From Octopus bimaculoides (Eukaryota): 40,608 bases of DNA. The position numbers and the translations under genes are program-made. The notes below the pieces were generated by a model. It saw nothing but the letters and a program-made list of their open reading frames with translations. It ran no database searches and was not told the DNA's origin. The stretch is taken from assembly GCF_001194135.2 (NCBI RefSeq), contig NC_068995.1, positions 30,569,548 to 30,610,155 on the forward strand, read 5' to 3'. This document shows positions 35,481-40,608 of the stretch, piece by piece; positions within the stretch are counted from its first letter, which is position 1; each line of letters opens with the position of its first letter.

Positions 35481-36120
35481 TTCTTGTTCAATTAATTTTT
35501 AATTTATTTAAATGTCAGAATTTTCTCGTTTGCCATCCTTGACCAGAATTTATCGTTAATGTAATTAATTCTCTCTTCGCAACTGTCGGAATTTTAAATA
35601 CGTTTTGGCTCATTACATAACAGCGTAATGTTGTTTAGTCTTAGATCAACTCTGATCAAGAACATCACCAAAGCCACTTCAATTGTGCCAATCCCACCTG
35701 ATATTCAGGTACATAATGCCTAGAACAGTGATTCGCAACCACTTTTTACCTATGGAAAATTTTGATTGCTATTTTATTCTGGTTGATCCCATAGCTATTC
35801 GATGCTTGATAACTAGTTTTATAGATACTTCTTTCAAAATTCCTATTTTGTTAATGACTCATGAATTTGTGTATAGTTTGGACTATGAAAGACAATAGAG
35901 AAAGAAATCTAGCAGTTTCTTGCAATAAATACATCTAATGCAAAATTGTTTCCATGGATCTTTAATGTACTTCTGTGTGTCACCAATTTACTATTTTGCT
36001 TGCATACAACACTTCACAAATCTTATATGAACCTCCAGGGGTCATATGGACACCAGTTGAGAACAATTGGTCAAGAATATCAGTTAGAACCATGACTGAT
36101 TTTTGATAGGACTGCTACTA

Positions 36121-36122
36121 AC

Positions 36123-36169
<47 letters not shown>

Positions 36170-36170
36170 G

Positions 36171-36209
<39 letters not shown>

Positions 36210-36311
36210 GTAGGTAGGTAGGTAGGTAGGTAGGTAGGCAGGCAGGCAGACAGACAGACAGACAGACAGACTGACTGACAGGCAGACAGGCAGGCAGGCA
36301 GGCAGGCAGGC

Positions 36312-36356
<45 letters not shown>

Positions 36357-36390
36357 CACTGATAGATGGACGGACGGATGGATGGATGAA
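36121..36390. repeat. Graded tetranucleotide array GATA-GGTA-GGCA-GACA-GGAC-GGAT
   Basis: Visible. Confidence 0.95.
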
Positions 36391-37849
36391 TGGATCTAAT
36401 GGCCATAATAAGGCGGACACTAACAATGACTAAAATGATAATGAGAACAATCATTATCTAACTGAATAATTCTGATCAATGAAGACAGGGGGAGACAGGC
36501 TCTGAATTTTAATTAAGAGTAATTACACATATGGATTTCACCGTGGGGTGAGTACAGAAGTAACTCTTGACATGTTTCGATGTTATTAATTCCTATCATT
36601 GAACCTTAATCTAATCATCATAAAATCTAAGAATGACAGGAGAGATATACAGGTTTTACTGCAATGAAGATTTACTGGAGTAATAAACGGAGAAAAATAC
36701 CTAGGGTCATCTCCTGCACCGAAGCTTAGCAGTTAAGGTGGCTGCCAATAGACATGATAGCCAATAAATTTGATTATAGATCATTAGTGATGAGAATAAC
36801 TATTTAAATTGTCTCTCTTGTCTTAATTATTCTCCAGAATCAGTCATTTAAATGATAATTGTCTTTATCATTAAACGGGGAACTTTAATTGAATAAAATT
36901 TCTTGTCTTCCTCCATCAAGTATGTTAACGTAAAGTTTGCTGTCAAGTTTTCATGTAGCAGGCGTCCCTGAGTATTTTTTCCCGACATCAGTGAATATTC
37001 GTATGTGTGCGTGTATATATTTACAAGTATATATATGTATGTATGTATATATATATANNNNNNNNNNNNNNNNNNNNNNNNNNNNNNNNNNNNNNNNNNN
37101 NNNNNNNNNNNNNNNNNNNNNNNNNNNNNNNNNNNNNNNNNNNNNNNNNNNNNNNNNNNNNNNNNNNNNNNNNNNNNNNNNNNNNNNNNNNNNNNNNNNN
37201 NNNNNNNNNNNNNNNNNNNNNNNNNNNNNNNNNNNNNNNNNNNNNNNNNNNNNNNNNNNNNNNNNNNNNNNNNNNNNNNNNNNNNNNNNNNNNNNNNNNN
37301 NNNNNNNNNNNNNNNNNNNNNNNNNNNNNNNNNNNNNNNNNNNNNNNNNNNNNNNNNNNNNNNNNNNNNNNNNNNNNNNNNNNNNNNNNNNNNNNNNNNN
37401 NNNNNNNNNNNNNNNNNNNNNNNNNNNNNNNNNNNNNNNNNNNNNNNNNNNNNNNNNNNNNNNNNNNNNNNNNNNNNNNNNNNNNNNNNNNNNNNNNNNN
37501 NNNNNNNNNNNNNNNNNNNNNNNNNNNNNNNNNNNNNNNNNNNNNNNNNNNNNNNNNNNNNNNNNNNNNNNNNNNNNNNNNNNNNNNNNNNNNNNNNNNN
37601 NNNNNNNNNNNNNNNNNNNNNNNNNNNNNNNNNNNNNNNNNNNNNNNNNNNNNNNNNNNNNNNNNNNNNNNNNNNNNNNNNNNNNNNNNNNNNNNNNNNN
37701 NNNNNNNNNNNNNNNNNNNNNNNNNNNNNNNNNNNNNNNNNNNNNNNNNNNNNNNNNNNNNNNNNNNNNNNNNNNNNNNNNNNNNNNNNNNNNNNNNNNN
37801 NNNNNNNNNNNNNNNNNNNNNNNNNATATACATATACATATATATATAT

Positions 37850-38013
37850 ACGACGGGCTTCTTTTCAGTTTCCATCTACCAAATCCACTCACAAGGCTTT
37901 GGTTGGCACGAGGCTATAGTAGAAGACACGTGCCCAAGGTACCACGCAGTGGAACTGAACCCGGAACCATGTGGTTGGTAAGCAATCTACTTACCACACA
38001 GCCACTCCTGCGC
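37850..38013 (-). mobile_element. Full-length tRNA-derived SINE, family B
   Basis: Minus-strand head GCGCAGGAGTGGCTGTGTGGTAAG (A-box-like) and GGTTCCGGGTTCAGTTCC (B-box-like); (TA)n tail. Confidence 0.9.
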
Positions 38014-38049
38014 CTATATGCATACGTATGAACACGTACATGTAAGTGT

Positions 38050-38220
38050 ATGATTCTATGTACATACAAACGCACATACATATATACGCACATACACACA
38101 TACATACATGCATGCATGCATGCATACATACATACATACATACATACATACATACATACATACACACATACACGCATGCATACATACATTCATAAATTTA
38201 CACGCACACACATACATACA
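38050..38220. repeat. (CATA)n/(CATG)n microsatellite
   Basis: Visible. Confidence 0.9.
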
Positions 38221-38763
38221 ACATTTACACGTCAGTTTAAACAAGTACACCAAAAGTGAGAACTGACTGTTTTATATATATTTTTAAACATTCCAGCCAG
38301 ACATCATTCAGCGATTGCGTAAGTCCTCTTTTCTTCATCTTCTTTCAACTTTTTAATCCTACATTATCTTCGTTCCATAATAAGAACTGACTTAAACACA
38401 CATGTAAATGTAAAGAGATTATATATACCGATCTTTCGTCACTCCTTTGGACAAATATTCACATTATTTTGAGTGAACGTGAGTGAAGAAGTACGTGATT
38501 GCATTTAGATAAAAAGACAAAAACACTAACTTGTCTCTGTATATGCCTTTGTGTATACGTGATTCTGTATGTATGTTTATGTTTGTGAGCATGTAGCTAC
38601 GGATGGATAAAGGTTCATATTTGTGTTCTTTGTACTTATAGATGTATGTATGCTCAAGTAGATTTTTATTTGCAGGTATGTATATAAGTATGTGCGCACA
38701 CATAAATGTACGCATGTATCAAAATACGTTGGCATATATATATATATATAAATTATATATATA

Positions 38764-38821
<58 letters not shown>

Positions 38822-39800
38822 NNNNNNNNNNNNNNNNNNNNNNNNNNNNNNNNNNNNNNNNNNNNNNNNNNNNNNNNNNNNNNNNNNNNNNNNNNNNNNN
38901 NNNNNNNNNNNNNNNNNNNNNNNNNNNNNNNNNNNNNNNNNNNNNNNNNNNNNNNNNNNNNNNNNNNNNNNNNNNNNNNNNNNNNNNNNNNNNNNNNNNN
39001 NNNNNNNNNNNNNNNNNNNNNNNNNNNNNNNNNNNNNNNNNNNNNNNNNNNNNNNNNNNNNNNNNNNNNNNNNNNNNNNNNNNNNNNNNNNNNNNNNNNN
39101 NNNNNNNNNNNNNNNNNNNNNNNNNNNNNNNNNNNNNNNNNNNNNNNNNNNNNNNNNNNNNNNNNNNNNNNNNNNNNNNNNNNNNNNNNNNNNNNNNNNN
39201 NNNNNNNNNNNNNNNNNNNNNNNNNNNNNNNNNNNNNNNNNNNNNNNNNNNNNNNNNNNNNNNNNNNNNNNNNNNNNNNNNNNNNNNNNNNNNNNNNNNN
39301 NNNNNNNNNNNNNNNNNNNNNNNNNNNNNNNNNNNNNNNNNNNNNNNNNNNNNNNNNNNNNNNNNNNNNNNNNNNNNNNNNNNNNNNNNNNNNNNNNNNN
39401 NNNNNNNNNNNNNNNNNNNNNNNNNNNNNNNNNNNNNNNNNNNNNNNNNNNNNNNNNNNNNNNNNNNNNNNNNNNNNNNNNNNNNNNNNNNNNNNNNNNN
39501 NNNNNNNNNNNNNNNNNNNNNNNNNNNNNNNNNNNNNNNNNNNNNNNNNNNNNNNNNNNNNNNNNNNNNNNNNNNNNNNNNNNNNNNNNNNNNNNNNNNN
39601 NNNNNNNNNNNNNNNNNNNNNNNNNNNNNNNNNNNNNNNNNNNNNNNNNNNNNNNNNNNNNNNNNNNNNNNNNNNNNNNNNNNNNNNNNNNNNNNNNNNN
39701 NNNNNNNNNNNNNNNNNNNNNNNNNNNNNNNNNNNNNNNNNNNNNNNNNNNNNNNNNNNNNNNNNNNNNNNNNNNAGTACAATAGAATCTAAGTAGTATA

Positions 39801-39801
<1 letters not shown>

Positions 39802-39839
<38 letters not shown>

Positions 39840-39910
39840 GCTGCTGCTGCTGTTGTTGTTGTTTTTGTTGTTGTTGCTGTTGTTGTTGTTGTTGTTTTTG
39901 TTGTTGTTGC
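39802..39910. repeat. (TTG)n/(CTG)n trinucleotide repeat
   Basis: Visible; source of the poly-Q and poly-L pseudo-ORFs. Confidence 0.95.
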
Positions 39911-40125
39911 TGTGCCGTGCTGCCAGAATCGTTTGCATGCCGGGCGAAATGCTTAATGGTATTTCGTCTGCCGCTATGTTCTGAGTTCATATTCCACCGA
40001 GTTTAACTTTGCTTTTCGTCCTTTCGGAGTCGATAAACTAAGTACCAGTGAAACACTGGAGTAGATGTAATCGACTGGTCCCCTCTCCCGTAATTTCAGG
40101 CCTTGTGCCTTTTGTAGAAAGGATT
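39911..40125 (+). mobile_element. tRNA-derived SINE, family A
   Basis: GCTGCCAGAATCGTTTGCATGCCGGGCGAAATGC...GTTCTGAGTTCATATTCC...TAAGTACCAG. Confidence 0.85.
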
Positions 40126-40169
40126 ATTATCATTATTATTATTATCATAAACGTATATACATACAAATA

Positions 40170-40608
40170 CACGAATGGGTATCCAAAAGAAACCGGAATT
40201 TTGCAATATCATTTTTTTAAAATCATTTTTACATGTTTACACTTTTATTGCCTTCAAAATATTCTCTGTTTGAAGCAATGCATCGGTCCAGACGCGTTTT
40301 CCACTGTTCGAAGCAGTCCTTCAACATCTACAAAACGTTTTCCTTTAAGGACTTATCTCGTTCGGAGAAACAAACAAAGCTGCAGGGGGCAAGAAGGGAT
40401 GAATAGGGAGGGTGAGTGAATGGGGTCACGCCATTTTTGGTCAAAAACTGTCTCACACTCAAGGCGGTGTGTGCAGGCGCATTGTCGTGATGAAAAACCA
40501 TCACTCTTCGCTTTGCTACAAGTCGTGTCTCGCAAACGCTTCAGAATTACCAAGTAAAATGTCTGATTAACAGTTTGACCAGGGGGGACAAATACTGTGT
40601 GGACAATT
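40170..40608 (-). mobile_element. Mariner 3' portion with terminal repeat (continues past window)
   Basis: WFFHHDNAPAHTALSVRQFLTKNG..HPPYSSLLAPC..CFEQWKTRLDRCIAS; TIR-like end at 40170-40200 next to TA. Confidence 0.9.

Noticed and set aside
38719-39990. Poly-Q protein
   Set aside because: A (CAA/CAG)n tract fused to the antisense of a SINE head; no splice or coding support.

Overview
Repeat-dominated eukaryotic DNA with about 7.5-8 kb of N gaps, most of them flanked by microsatellites. The SINE families and microsatellite load look like an Octopus genome; this is recalled from memory and not verified. No complete host gene is evident, only one or two weak candidate exons. The window holds a decayed R4/Dong-type LINE, a largely complete Penelope-like element (PLE; RT plus GIY-YIG), two RTE LINE fragments, an internally deleted Ty3/Gypsy element with 5' LTR and PBS, three mariner remnants, a TA-embedded MITE pair and many tRNA-type SINEs. 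The most interesting signal is a cluster of hammerhead-ribozyme (HHR) motifs at about 6.1-13.1 kb. It comprises (i) two 154-157-nt-spaced motifs with covarying stem I whose GAAAC strands sit inside the stem-I loops, suggesting an interleaved double or pseudoknotted hammerhead; (ii) a PLE 3'-UTR hammerhead with the C3-G8 core pair swapped to A3-U8; and (iii) a 352-nt non-coding HHR-bearing unit with a 59-bp terminal direct repeat, resembling a retrozyme or pLTR. All pairings were made by eye; no folding, search or cleavage assay was run.
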